A stretch of DNA of 64,000 nt from Camelus dromedarius (GCF_036321535.1 NC_087436.1:92196001-92260000); one strand, 5' to 3'. Numbered from the stretch's first letter, positions 1-13,009 are shown. Program-made: numbers and translations. Notes: generated by a model not told the origin, from the letters alone.

Positions 1-99
1 CTCCCCACAGCTGCCTGCTATGAATCATCTTCCCGCCCCACTACTTACTGTGCTACTAATACCAATCATCTCCGTCCCCACTTCCCTGGCCCTTGAAAC

Positions 100-565
100 C
101 AGGGTGCTTCACTCTCTGGTTTGCCTCTCTTGACTTTTGCACCAAGTTATCTTCCAGGTGCTATAGTCTAGAAGCAAATTAGGTTCTGCGAATCACAGGC
201 CTCTTCATAAGATTCCAAAGGCAGAAATACTGTGAACACCGTATCCTGAGACTCTTGCCTAGGGCTGCCATCAAGAAAGCCATGGACATGTAAGATCTCT
301 CTTCACCAGCATTCTAGTGTCCTTCCTCTGGTTCTATGGGTTGAGAGGCAGGTTTGGTGAGAGTGGAGACTTCTTGTTTCCATCAAGGTTGTGTTAGTGG
401 CGTCAGACACAATGGCTCACCTGGTGGGACCCTGACACAGTCTTTCTAAAGATGTTTCTAGAAACCCAACCTAGACCTCTTCCTTTAGTTTCTCCAGTTA
501 CTTTCTAAGCACCTATTTTGCGGTAATAAATCTCTTTCCGCTTCAAATATATAGAGTGGTATTCA
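100..565 (+). mobile_element. Degraded ERVL/MaLR-type LTR fragment
   Basis: Ends in an LTR-like tail 'gtaataaatctctttccgcttcaaatatatagagtggtattc' (polyA signal plus U5-like segment); family and boundaries uncertain. Confidence 0.4.
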
Positions 566-2679
566 CAATTATCATAGATTTCAATGACCATGAGGGAGGG
601 GCGGAGCCTGAAGGGTTTATGGCACAGAAACACCATTTCAAACTGAACATCGGACATTAGATGTCTTTATTATTGTCTCTGGGCCAATTTCCTGCAGGAG
701 TTTTCACTGGATACTTTACATCACATCAAATCCCTGCTACAGGCCATCTCACCCCTCCTTTCTAGATTGTTTCTGACTTGCCAAATTCTTCCTAATTGCA
801 GAGAAATTCATTCTCCTCACTTCCCAACCCAAACCTAGTTCTCAGGCCCATTTTGTATATCCCAACGCACCAGAGTGCATAGCAGCTCAAAATAATCCAT
901 ATAACAGGAACCACTGTCTTATACAGCAGTTGTGCTTATACACAAATGTCTCATTCACTAGAAGCCAATGGAACAAGGGCTGATATGTCACGTGAGAAGT
1001 TGAAGGTGTGACCACAATAGTGTTTTCAGAGAATATCAAGATTGCTCCATCACATGGCAAGAGCACTGTGTACTCCCCAAAGGAGTGCCAGTGGAGGGGG
1101 GGACGAAAAGCCAAGCCAGCATCCAACAACTCGTTTGCTCTCTCTCCCTCTCCTCTCCAGCTCTCAGCTAGGATGGAAAGGAACGGACATCAACTCTGCG
1201 TGGACAGTTTCAATCTGAATCTGCAAGTCTTTTTTTCAATCCAACGTGATTTTTCCCAATTGTTATTTTGATTGTTATGTTTCCTTTGATGTGTTCTTTT
1301 CCCCCCTTTTAAGAATCTCTATTCTCTCCATACTTTAGAACTCTTGCTGCTGCCTCAAAATTCTGTAACTTCTTCCTCATGATTTCATTCTCTTTGTATT
1401 TTTGCTGTTTTAAAATGTGTCTTCTACTTGACTCTCAAGGATGATCTCTATAGCGACTAATCTCTCCTTAATTCATTCACTCAGTTTCTAAATTTAAATA
1501 TAATCAGATTTTTAAGTTTCAGAAAGTCTTTATTAAGCTGTAATGGAATCTTCTTGAGTCTTCTTTAAAAACATTGTGTTGTGGTCATTCGAATATTTAT
1601 CTGTTTGCTCTAACAGTTTAATTACTGTATTAAAGCTTTCCTATTCTTTTTATCCATTTTCTCTGTCTCCCTCTGTCTGTCTGTCCGTCTCCTTGTTTTA
1701 CCTCAAAGACACTGGTGCTGGGTCCCCTTAGATTGCAATTATTTCCTTTGCATACACATACCCTGAGTTTGTTTACACACCAAGCTAAAGGAGTACCTGG
1801 GATGTGATGGGAACCCACAAGTGCTCGGATGTAGGGCTCGTCACAGACAGGGATGTGAAACCAGAAACTCTCCAGTTCCTTCTGCAAACACAGAGAAAAG
1901 CTTGATTGCTATCTCCGACAGGAGGATGATCGCAATGCCCCTCCAGAGCCTTGACAATCAGCAGGTCCTCCTGGTACGGCATGAATAAAATGACAAGGCT
2001 CTTCCTCTTGGGGATCCACAGACATCAGAGGTACAATCTCTCTTCAGGAACAAAAGAATTCAGATTTTCCTCCCATGCCAACTTCCAGACACAGAATTGA
2101 AACTTAGCCTAAATGTCCAGCTCCTGGGAAGGTCAGAGTCTTCACACACACCCTGCAGTCTGAGCACCCATTTCTCTATGGAGACATAGTTGATAGTCAG
2201 ATTAGAGCCAAGAGTAAATGTCAAGACAACAGGGAGGTGTCAGGCAACCATCTCATCAGAATTCTGATCACTTGAGGCAGATGGAAGAGATAAAACAAAG
2301 GAGACAGGCAAGATAGATTGAAACAGCCAATATTATTTGTTTTATGCCTTATCACTTTCCACAAAAATTTAATATGATTATAACAGACTACATGCAATAA
2401 AACAGCAAAAATGTAAACAGAGATTAAACATAAGAACCAAGTAAAACATAATTTAGAAGAGGAAAGCTAGACAAGGAAAAAACAAAATAAGTAACTTATC
2501 TTGAGCTGGATTGATGGGCAGATTAGCCAGGTGGTTGCCTGGGACACTGATGTCTGATGGATAACGAAATATCACTGGGATAAATTCACACAATGTAAAT
2601 TGGTCCAACTCCCATTAAAGCAGACAGAATCAAATCACAATTCAAAACACCCCTTACTGTATTACTTTAATCTTTTTCT

Positions 2680-3045
2680 TCTCCTTACAGTTTTACTGAG
2701 ATATAAATGACATGTAGCACTGTATAAATTTAAGGTGTACGGCGTAATGATTGGCTTACATACATCATGAAGTGATTTCCACAGTAACTTTAGTGAACAT
2801 CCATCATCTCATATAGGTACAAAATAAAAGAGAAAGAAAAAATGTTTTTCTTGTGATGAGAACTCCTGGGATTTACTCTCTTAACAACTCTCATATATAA
2901 CATACAGCAGTGCTAATTGTATTTGTCATGCTACACATTATATCCCTAGTACTTATTTATTTTAAAGCTGGAAGTTTGTACCTTTTGACTGCATTCATCT
3001 TATTCCCCCTACCCCAACCCATCACCTCAGATAACCACAAATATG
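2680..3045 (-). mobile_element. LINE-1 3' UTR fragment (L1MA9-like, laurasiatherian)
   Basis: 'ttttactgagatataaatgacat...aaatttaaggtgtac...gtgatgagaactc...ggatttactctcttaacaac...gctggaagtttgtacc' is the antisense of an L1 3' end. Confidence 0.8.
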
Positions 3046-3139
3046 ATATGTATACTACTTTATCTTTTGAATATTTTTCCCCTACACATATGTAATTTTA
3101 GTGTGTTTAGATGTCTGCAAGGTGATCTGATGTTCTAAA

Positions 3140-4080
3140 AACAAATGAGACCTAATCAACCATATAAGCTTTTGCACAGCAAAGGAAACCATAAACAAAA
3201 CAAAGACAACCTACAAAATGGGAGAAAATATTTGCAACTGATGTGACCTACAAGGGCTTAATTACAAAATATACAAACAGCTGATACAACTCAATATCAA
3301 AAAAAAAAACAAAAAAAAACCCAATCAAAAACTAGGCAGAAGATCTGTATAGACACTTCTCCAAAGAAGACATACAGACGGCCACCTGGAATGTGAAAAG
3401 ATGCTCAATATCACTAATTGTTAGAGAAATGGAAATCAAAACTACCATGAGGTATCACCTCACACCAGGCAGAATGGCCATCATCAAAAAGTCTACAAAT
3501 AAATGCTGGAGAGGGTGTGGAGAAAAGGGAACCTTCCTATATTCTTGGTGGGAATGGATTTTGGTGCTGTCACTATGGGAGGTTTCTTAAAAAACTAAAA
3601 ATAGAACTACCATATGATCCAGCAGTCTCACTCTTGGGCATATATCCAGAAAAGACGAAAACTCTAATTCAAAAAGATACATTCACCCCAATGTTTATAG
3701 CAGCACTATTTACAATAGCAAAGACAAGGAAACAACCTAAATGTCCACTGACAGTTAACCAACATACACACAATGGAATATTATTCAGCCATTTAAAAGA
3801 GTGAAATAATGCCATATGCAGCAACATGGATGGACCTAGAGATTATCATACTAAGAGAAGTAAGTCAGAAAAATACTGTATATTATCACTTATATGTGGA
3901 ATTTAAAAAATAATACAAATGAATTTATTTACAAAACAGAAAGTGACTCACAGGCACAGAAAACAAACTTACAGTTACCAAAGGAGAAAGGGTGGAGGAG
4001 GGATAAATCAGGAGTTTGGGATTAGTAGAGACACATTCCTATATATCAAATAGATAAACAAGGACTTCCTATATAGCACA

Positions 4081-4159
<79 letters not shown>

Positions 4160-4390
4160 ACGTATGTGTGTGTCTATATATGTGTATGTGTATATATATA
4201 CGTATTTCCCAAATAACTATTTTGCAATAACCTAGAATGGAAAATAATCTGAAAAAGAATATATATACATAATTATATATATAAATATAATATACATATT
4301 ATATAAATTATATATATTTATAACAATCACTTTGCTGTTTATCTGAAACAAATACAATATTGTAAACCAACTATATTTCAATCAAGAAAA
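3140..4390 (+). mobile_element. 5'-truncated LINE-1: disrupted ORF2 C-terminus plus 3' UTR (cetartiodactyl type)
   Basis: ORFs 3393-3590 ([32 protein letters not shown]) and 3517-3804 ([20 protein letters not shown]) are ORF2p C-terminal motifs, followed by the typical 3' UTR and an A-rich tail. Confidence 0.95.
4087..4200. repeat. Compound (TG)24 + (TG)10 / (TA) microsatellite inside the L1 3' UTR
   Basis: Directly visible; interrupts the L1 'tatagcaca...ttgtaataacc' segment. Confidence 0.97.
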
Positions 4391-4661
4391 AGATACAGTG
4401 GAGAAAGTGGTAATGTGAAAAAGAAAAAATAATCATTAAAAATAAAATGAAATAAAGCCAGACATAGGTTGGATTATGGGGATGAGTAATTCAGTTTACT
4501 AAATTTCAAACCTATACTGTGGCTTCTAGGAAGTTGTCTTGGAACTCTGTAACTCTATAACATCTACAGATTAAAAATTATAAAAGAAAAATGGAAAGAT
4601 AAGAACTAGATAAATAGAATATAACCTGACAAATATCTTGGATATTATCAATGTTTATCTC

Positions 4662-4955
4662 CTCTCACTGTGCTTTGCAGATTCTGCATTTTTCACAAAT
4701 CAAAGTTTTGTGGCAACCCTGAATTGTCAGATGATGGTTAGCATCTTTTAGCAATAAAGTATTTTTCATTAAGGAATGTACATTGTTTTTTCAGAGATAA
4801 TGTTATTGCACACTTAACAGACTACAGTATAGTGTAAACATAACTTTAATATGCTCTGGGAAACCAAAAAACTCATGTGACTGGCTTTATTGTAATATTC
4901 ACTTTATTGCAGTGGTCTGAAACTGAATCTGCAATGTCTCCAAGGTATGCTTGTA
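4662..4955 (+). mobile_element. Tigger1-derived non-autonomous DNA transposon (TcMar-Tigger)
   Basis: 'cactgtgctttgcaga..ctgcattttt...tggcaaccctg...tcagatgatggttagc...gactacagtatagtgtaaacataac...aggtatgcttg' followed by TA. Confidence 0.85.
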
Positions 4956-5959
4956 TGTGATTCTGTCTGTGATAACTTCTTAGAAAAAAAGTTTCTCCTC
5001 ACCTCCACTATATAAAAATTTTAAATATATTTTTAAAATTTCCGTCTGAAAAAGTTCAAGTTCTTTAACCTGCCTATCAAGTTCTACACCTCAGTGTGGC
5101 CTTGCAGGTAGCACATTCAGTAATAAACCCTGTTAAAGCAGTTCTTCTAACCCAGCTTTACCTTTTCCAAAAATCAGAATCTTGATAACAATAATTATGT
5201 ATGCTCTATCTAGTTCAAGTACCTATCTATAAAAATACTTAGAATTATTTTTAAATTCATCATTTGAAGGGAAAAAAAACAGTTTAACTGAGAACTACCA
5301 ATCACATACTTTGAAATGAAAAATTTGTTCATATTAATATACAGTTTACTTGAACATCAACATACACAACTTTCTCTAAATAATTCTACAATTTTATTCT
5401 GATATTAACCAAAAGTTTCTTTTTAATGAGGAATTCATCTTCCTTACCCAGCCTGGCCAAGGGAATAGACTGTGTTGGTCCCATCTGGATGTATCGTCTT
5501 CCAAATTCTACCAGTAACCTTGTAATTTAAACCTGAAATTCGTTTAACATATTGTTCTGAGACTCTGCAAAGCACAAAGTTCACTGAAATGACCAAATCT
5601 TTAATAACTGCCGTTGGCTGACGACGACTTTCTCCAATATGCTGTGTATTAAGGGTCATTTCTTTCTGCAAACTCAGCTCTAAGCTCTGTCTCTTTTTAC
5701 CATCGTGATTATCCTTCTAACCTCTATTCTCTGCTCTGGGTGGAGCCAAGAGCTCCAAGAGTAAAAAGAGTTATCTCCCTATTGGGGTCCAAGCAGAAAA
5801 CAGCTAATCCAGTAGGCACAGAAAACCTGCAATGTCACTACTTTTGAAAGACATTTAAGTAGCTCCATTTGCTGCAATATCTCAGAGCTGTTACTGTTGA
5901 ATAATTTAATACTCCAAATCACAGGGGCTGCATGCCGAGCTGCAGACCATGAGCATGGT

Positions 5960-6170
5960 TTCATATTTACGGAATAATATTTAAAGTCCTTTCTCACAGC
6001 CTGCTTCATTTGATGGCTGACACAATCCTGGGAAGCGGGTAAATAAGACATAGTTATCCTCATTTTATAGAAGAGGGATCTCAGAGTCTTAAATCTGTAA
6101 GTCATGTCAAAAATCATAGTTCATAAAGTCAGACAGATACAGGTTCTAATTCCAGCACGTCCACTTGGTG
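5960..6170 (-). mobile_element. MIR SINE fragment
   Basis: Core 'ttatcctcattttatagaagagggatctcagag'. Confidence 0.65.
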
Positions 6171-6340
6171 TAAGTTCTGCATCCACTCAGCGTAGCTTCT
6201 TCCAACCTCACAAACCAGCTGTGCGGACTAAATGAGACCATGGATGAAAAGCGCTGGTGTGTTCCTAGCATTTTGCCCTCGGGTGTCCAATAAAGAGCAT
6301 TCCTCTCCCCTTTTCCCTCCCTCAGAGATGTGGATCTGAC

Positions 6341-6967
6341 TGAGACAGGAAGAGGGCAGGGCACAGCCATTCAAGGAATGCTACAGCAATTAACATCAAA
6401 ATGGTGGAAGATTCAGCCCCCAGTAGGCCTTGAGGCTCAGGATGGTGGGAGATTTAACTTCTAGTAGATCTTGAGCTTCATTATACGCTCATTGTAATAT
6501 ATTAACATGGTAAATAATACGTCCACATGCACCAGGGCAGTCCCAAGGCTAGCCACAAAAGGTCAAAGAATGGGAAATGGCCAACTTCCTGGGAATCCCA
6601 GCCCCTTCCCCAGGCTACTTAGACTGGTCCTTCCACTTATTAGCATATGAAGCCACCAAGCCCATAAAAACTAGCAACACAGTGCCTCAAGGCTGCCTCC
6701 CTGCCCCCCCTCAGAGACGGCCCGCACTCTGTCTATGGAGTGTGTACCTACTTTTAATCTGCGCACCCAACTCCTACAACTCTTGGCCTTTCTCTTGCCT
6801 TTAAAGGTATCTCTCTGAATAAATCTACCTTTACTCAACTGTGGCTCGCTCTTGAGTTCTTTCCTGCGTGAAGCCAAGGACCCACGCTTGGTGGGGCACA
6901 TCCCAGGGGCTCAGTGGAAGCCTGGGACACGGCCCTCCTCATACTCCACAGCCGTTTTCCTGCATCA
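6341..6967 (+). mobile_element. Solo ERV1-type LTR (627 bp)
   Basis: TG...CA termini; perfect 4-bp TSD tgac (6337-6340 / 6968-6971); AATAAA near 6819; approx. 41-bp internal tandem duplication in U3. Confidence 0.9.
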
Positions 6968-7139
6968 TGACGACTCAGCCAATAAAATTGCTGAGTTCAG
7001 AAGAGAACCTCACCCCTGAGCAAGTAGAAAAGTCTCAAGTCAAGGCCCACAATCCCCTTCTCCACTTCTGCTTTATGACCTGCCCCTCACGTGGGAATTT
7101 CCTCCACAGAGACGGGGAGGAAGTGTCCAACCTGACACT

Positions 7140-8725
7140 TCATTTGGAAGCTCTCTAAGAAAAGAATGTAAAATTGAGAATATCAGGTTAGATATAAAAG
7201 GGCTATTTATTTCGAAGGAGAGATGAAATCACAACAAATTATAAATTTTAAAAAGCCTACTAAAAATGAAAACATTACAAAATTAAAATAATAATATAAC
7301 ATATTAATCAATCATCAGAAACACCTCTATAATACCTTTTTTCCTCCATTTTTTGGCTTTATACTCTTTGACCGCCTCTTCATACAATCACTTTGAAACA
7401 TTTTCCAATACAGAGACTAGCAGTGAAAGTCATTCTTTTCCTTCAACACAGTTGATTGCTCCATTTTATTGCAGACAAGTTACCTGCCATTTGGTCTGGA
7501 ACCACCAACTTCATTAAGGCAAGATATATCAGATATTCTGAAGTGCCACTGATGTGCTGGGAATGCATAAAATATGTAACTTCACCAGTTTGTCCTACTG
7601 CTATGTATGTGTGTCCTATAAACACAGGAATTCTGATAAATTCTATTTCGTGGATATCCCATAAAAAAAAGGTAGAATGTTACTGACTAGAAAGAATTTC
7701 TGCTTTAATTAGGTATCAACACAAACTGAATTCTCCACTTACAATTTTACATGTCTGACCGTGGAGAGAATTTTCCATGGACTAGTTTCTGACTCCACAC
7801 ATTCCAAGATTTGTTTCACCCTTTTTTCTGTTGACTGAAATAAATGCGCTGCCTAAAATTTGAGAGTTATGTTTTATTTGGCGGGAGGACTCGAGCCGGG
7901 ATGACAGCCTCTCAGATCGCTCTGAGGGACTGCTCCAAAGAGGTAGGGGAGGGGCTACGATATACAGGAGCTTTACAACAAAGACCAGGTAGTTGGAATA
8001 ATAAAAGATTACTCGTTATCTTAAGAAAAACCGGCATCTCAAGTTAAAGAATTCAGTGCTTTTCTATGTATGGGAGGAACCAAACATTTGGGCTCCTTGA
8101 ATTCATTCCTTTGACAAGCATCTAGCTATCTAGGGCCAGTATCCTGTCCTTTCTTATTCTGAGTTCCCTCAGGGTGCACCATTGTGAGTGGCTGAAGAGG
8201 CTGGGCTGCAGGCTTGTCTTCCCTGGGGGGTGGCAGCAGCCGCGGATGACTTGATGGCTTCAGCATTCTTTGTTTACTGATATGGTTTGCAGTATTTTTC
8301 GTTCACATTTCTTACCAACATGCTTCTGGAGCTAGTTTACATCATGATACTGTATGTAGCTTTAGGTGATGATGCCGGATACAGTGAGCGGTGAGTGTAA
8401 ACTATGTAAACGTTAGAATACCTGGCAATAACCTAGGTATATATTGAAGTGACTGCAAACTACACAAATTATCTTATAAACCCCTTAGCCAGATCCCAAA
8501 AACACGTACAGCCCTTCCAAGGTCACATACCATGAGAGGAAGTACATCAGAGGAAAATTTGGGGTGGAGATAATAGTCTTAACTGATTGATGTTGAAACA
8601 CCTTTTTTTTTTTCTTTCAAATTTTACAAAACATATGACTAGTAGAACTCATTGCTAGGGCAGCTCCTTGCAGGCCCTGAGATGGGACTAGTGCAAGTGA
8701 GGGGCCCTGGGGCTTGATAGGGAAG
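7140..8725 (+). mobile_element. Old hAT-Tip100 DNA transposon (Zaphod/MER115-like), interrupted by an LTR
   Basis: 3' end 'caaattttacaaaacatatgac...cattgctaggg...gtgcaagtgaggggccctg' resembles the MER115/Zaphod terminus; left boundary approximate. Confidence 0.55.
7829..8307 (-). mobile_element. Solo ERV1-type LTR (479 bp)
   Basis: TG...CA termini; perfect TSD tttc (7825-7828 / 8308-8311); AATAAA on the minus strand near 7874; retains many CpGs (young). Confidence 0.9.
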
Positions 8726-9619
8726 CCCATCCCCAAAGCCTTGCCAGGGAGCCAACTCAGTCAGAAGCTTCCATTTTTGTTTACAAGAGAGAAAACATCA
8801 CTAGGATTCTCAAGCAATTGAAAAAGATAAGTTAACTCCTTGCAGAGACCACCTTTACGCCACGCTTAATTTGCTTATTTTCTTGGACCAGTCTTGTTGC
8901 TTTGAAAACCTTGAGGCGCATCGAGGCAAAGAAAAACAAGGGATTGTTCATCCTACATTTTGACACCTGAACACATTTTAGAACATCTGACCTCTAACCC
9001 CACCTTTGGTTTGTCCACGTGGTATTACCATCTCAAATTTAACCCTGAAAATGCAAGCTGAAAAGATCGTGTAGCACCTAGCCACAGGCTGTCCCTATTT
9101 CACCATGGACCTCTGAGCAGTCGCTGAGCTAATTCAATTTTCAGGCCCATTAATCTGGAACTTCAAATCAAAGGGGAGATGACGCAGCTCCCTGACGGGT
9201 CGGCAGGGCAGAAGCAACAGTGGCAGCAACATCCTAAAACTCCTTGTACCGCCTATAGATCAGTGTGTGCTCCGTTTCCCTGAGCCCCCGACCTGCTTGT
9301 CAAATGCTCCTGAGATGCCCAGGGGAAGGGAGGGCAGGCTCCCGCTGGTCTTTTCCTCCTTGTTTGTCATTAATCCTAACAAGCCTGGCCTTCAAGCACT
9401 ATGAAACGAACAATGCTTGTTTTTGGAATCCCCCTGTTCTCCAGTCCAGTCTCTCTGGTTTGACTGTGAATTGCCTCTACAATCCACAGTTCTTTTTATT
9501 GCCCTCCTCCCTCTAGTAACCTGTTTTCTCAGACAGGTAGGTAATCGAAAAGAAAACAAGAACAAAACGCCCACGCTCAGACATCTCAGATGCAGATGAG
9601 TACATTTTAGTGTCTCACT

Positions 9620-9775
9620 AACAGTGTTCACGGGCGCTGGCTGCACATTAAAATTACCCAGGGATTTATTAAAACAATACCAATACCTGGGCCCTAATCC
9701 AGATTAATAAAAGCAGGCGCTCTGGAGAATCAGGCCCCAGCAAGGGGACTTTTTGAACATCTCCCCAGGGGAATT
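9620..9775. mobile_element. MER5-type hAT-Charlie MITE
   Basis: 'ggctgcacattaaaattacccaggga...atacctgggccc...ctggagaatcaggccc...tttttgaacatctccccagggga'. Confidence 0.65.
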
Positions 9776-10829
9776 TATTTTGTCATTTTATCTTCATGGG
9801 GAAAGGAAACAGAAGAAAAAAGCTGGAGCACCATTTGCGGAATTTCAGGCAACAAGAAGCGAGGGAGGTATTCTGGGGAGCAGATGGCAGAGGGCTTTTT
9901 CTGCAACCTTGAAATCCCTTAGGCAGTTGATTTTCTTCTCACATTCATGGATCTGGCCCGCTGGAAAAAGGCTTCACCTATGGCAACCACATTAGAATTA
10001 AACAGACCAATTGAAGTGTCATTATCTTGTAACACTCCAGCCCCACAGCCTCTGTAAAAAGCTGCTTTCACAATTCAGTTACGGATTTCACCAACTGCAT
10101 TTTGTGCACGTCACAAATAGTGACAGCAGATGTCATTACAGGACAGAAATTTTCATGTCTAGGTTATTGTTGTCTGTTAACTAGCACTAGGTGAGCACCC
10201 ACTGTGGAGAGAGGTACGGGGAGCCATGACAAGATCAGGAAAGAATGGCAGAGACAATCCCTCCTTAGCTATAAAATCCTGTGATTCTGAGGCAAATCTT
10301 GTCTATGAATGCTGAACACTTTAGAAAGATATCTAATAAGATGGAATTTTTGGAGGCATCAAAGATCAAATTATTCCCCCAAATCATCTCTTTCTTGATC
10401 TGCCTGAAATTCTTATTTCTTCTTTATGTGTCAATGTACATTTCATGGACTTAATTTGGAAAAGGTGATGTTATACTGTATCACCTACTGATGCTTCGGC
10501 ATATACTGGTCACCAGATCACCTAGAACAGACCCCTCAAGGTTTACAGCCCTGAGCAGGAAAGTTCCACATGGGAAGAAGGGACCAGAATAGTGCGAGCC
10601 TCAGGGAGGCAGTGTGAACACTGCAGGCCTGGAAAGAACACGGATACCTGAAAGAAGAGAGCTTTATGAGGATGGGCACGAGACAGGGTCAGAGGACAAC
10701 ACGTATCACAGTTTCTGCCTGCTTCCCAAGTGTCGCCTTGGCGGGTCCAGCCTCTACGTTTCCAGGACAACCTGTTGCTGGTTTGAAACTTTTTTGGCTC
10801 TATGGCCTTCATGGGGTTTATTTGTTTGT

Positions 10830-11057
10830 TTCCTCCTTTCTTTTCTATTATTTTATTCTTTTTTTATTGACGTGTAGTCGATTTACAATGTTAGTTTCAG
10901 GTGTACAGCAAAGCGATTCAGTTATACATATACATACATACATATATATATTTTTTTCAGTTTCTTTTCCATTACGGCTCATCACAAGAAATTGCATACA
11001 GTTCCCTGTGCCTTACAGGAGGTCCTTGCTGCTTAGCCACTTCACGTATAGTAATGT
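10830..11057 (-). mobile_element. LINE-1 3' end fragment (cetartiodactyl type)
   Basis: Poly-T head followed by 'tagtcgatttacaatgttagtttcaggtgtacagcaaagcgattcagttata...cagttccctgtgc'. Confidence 0.9.
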
Positions 11058-11938
11058 CACTTGGCCATTCTCCACCAGTATTCACTTGGCTGCTTACAAC
11101 CCAGCTCCCCCTGCTGCCTGCTCCCAGTTTCTATCTAGTTTTACTAGCTGACCCCTCCACTGCCTGACCCCAAATCTAGGGTAGGATGATGTCCCTTTAA
11201 AATTAAAGTTGAAAAGTGAGCCGTAGGTCATTGGGAAGCAGAGGAGAAGTAAGACACGTGGTGGGCATGGTAACAGCATGTGTGTCACTAAGACACTGCA
11301 CTTTCTTAGTGAACAGTAACACCAGCAGTGATGGGGTAATGCTCCCGTTTCTAGGACTGTATTCCTCCCTTTCCCCCTTTCTCTCAATGGGATAATCTTA
11401 CACTATTCTCTGCCTAGAAGGAGACTGTTCAGTGCACACGTGAAAAACTCACATAACCTCCAGTCTGAACGGAAAAGATCTAGGTATGAGTTTCCTGCTC
11501 CACAGTGAGTGAGACCTGAGTCTAAAAAAAATACCATTAGTATATTTATGTAGAAATTCTAAGGGTAAGGCAATCTGTAAATTACCCACACATGTAAGGT
11601 ATTTTTATAATGTTGCTTTTCCATGCTACCTTCTTTAAGGAAAATTAGCATTTGTTAGACCAACTGTCTTTATCATTTAAGACATCATTATCATCCCACC
11701 TTAAGAAAACATATTTATGTTCTGAAATACTCTCTACCCCCAAAGCATTGTTTCTCATTCATGCTTGCTTTTCACTCACTACATGTAACCTGTGTAAAGT
11801 TACTCTGAATTCATTGCAAAGTAGACCAGGATTAGTGAAACAACTCAAATTCAGAAGTTCCCAGTCAACGGTAAATGATAATGAGAGAGGTTCTGAGATG
11901 AGGAATTGAACAATATGCCCTAGATATTATAAAGACTT

Positions 11939-12410
11939 TGTCGACAAAAAAATTAGTCTAAGAAAGAAATAGAGAAGTTTATTTCAGCTAACTTGAAGAT
12001 TATAACTCGGGAGACAGTCTTTCAGAAAGCACTGAGGACTGTTCCCCCATTAGAGGTCAAAGCAGTTGTACAAATTTTTGAGACAAAGGGTCAGTTATAC
12101 ATCAAAGGGCTATGCATCAAAGTAACATACTGACAGTTTGCACAGCCCAACAAGGTGAGTAGTAGGTTATCGTAACCCCTTACAGGATTGAGGAGGAATG
12201 TTATCTCCTAAGAAGCCATCGTGCTGGTGCCAGGAAGAAACTGCTTTTTTTTGGTGAGCAGGCATTTCTGTGTCTTCTAAGAGGATCCAGTTAATGTTTA
12301 ACGCAGATGCACAATGCACACTAAAGGGGAGGGGATATTGGCTCAAACAGCAGAGAAAATTTGATGTTAAATTTTTCTTGTCCTGCCTAAAATATAATTT
12401 TATTTTGTCA
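11939..12410 (-). mobile_element. Solo ERV1-type LTR (472 bp)
   Basis: TG...CA termini; near-TSD actt/gctt; minus-strand AATAAA; 'ggagacagtctttcagaaagcactgaggactgttcc' resembles the 7829 LTR. Confidence 0.8.
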
Positions 12411-12523
12411 GCTTAAATAAATGTATCTCAAATCAGTCAGTAAATACAGAACAGCAAAATTAAGTTCTGGATGTCTTAATGGGCGGTCTACTTACATGAA
12501 CTTTTAGTTCACTTAGATCATTT

Positions 12524-12567
12524 AGTACATTTAGATCATTAATCAAGTACATTTAGATCATTAATCA
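12524..12567. repeat. Perfect 22-bp tandem duplication (agtacatttagatcattaatca x2)
   Basis: Directly visible; a partial third copy lies upstream. Confidence 0.95.
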
Positions 12568-12799
12568 AGACCAAAGCTATTCTGTCATTTTTGTTTAAAT
12601 ACGGGGAACTCAATAAAAACGGGAAGCCGATAAAGAGCCCTTACTGTGACCTGTATGATGGGATTTGACAAAAAAAAAAAAAAAAAAGGAATATACAGGA
12701 TTAAGATGAATTAGTGAAGGTGACTTTTAATCAGGCATCAGATTTGGTTCAGGAGAGAGAATTAAAAAGCAACGTCAGTGATGGGTCCATCTCGTTCAT

Positions 12800-12905
12800 T
12801 TAGTCAATGAATGTTTTTTGAGTACTTACTATGGGTCCAGCACTGTAAGTTCAGAGGACTTAGTGGTGGCCAAGATCGCCCCCTATAGAGCTCACCCTCT
12901 AGAGA
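12800..12905 (-). mobile_element. L2 3' tail fragment
   Basis: 'ttcatttagtcaatgaatgttttttgagtacttactatgggtccagcactgt...gagctcaccctctag'. Confidence 0.6.
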
Positions 12906-13009
12906 GCCGTCATCAGCCTGGTGTATCACAGCCCTGAGAATGGAGGATCATTTTCCAGCGGGTACCTGGCCCTGGGCGGTTTTAAGAATTTCAATTTCTA
13001 AATGTGATA

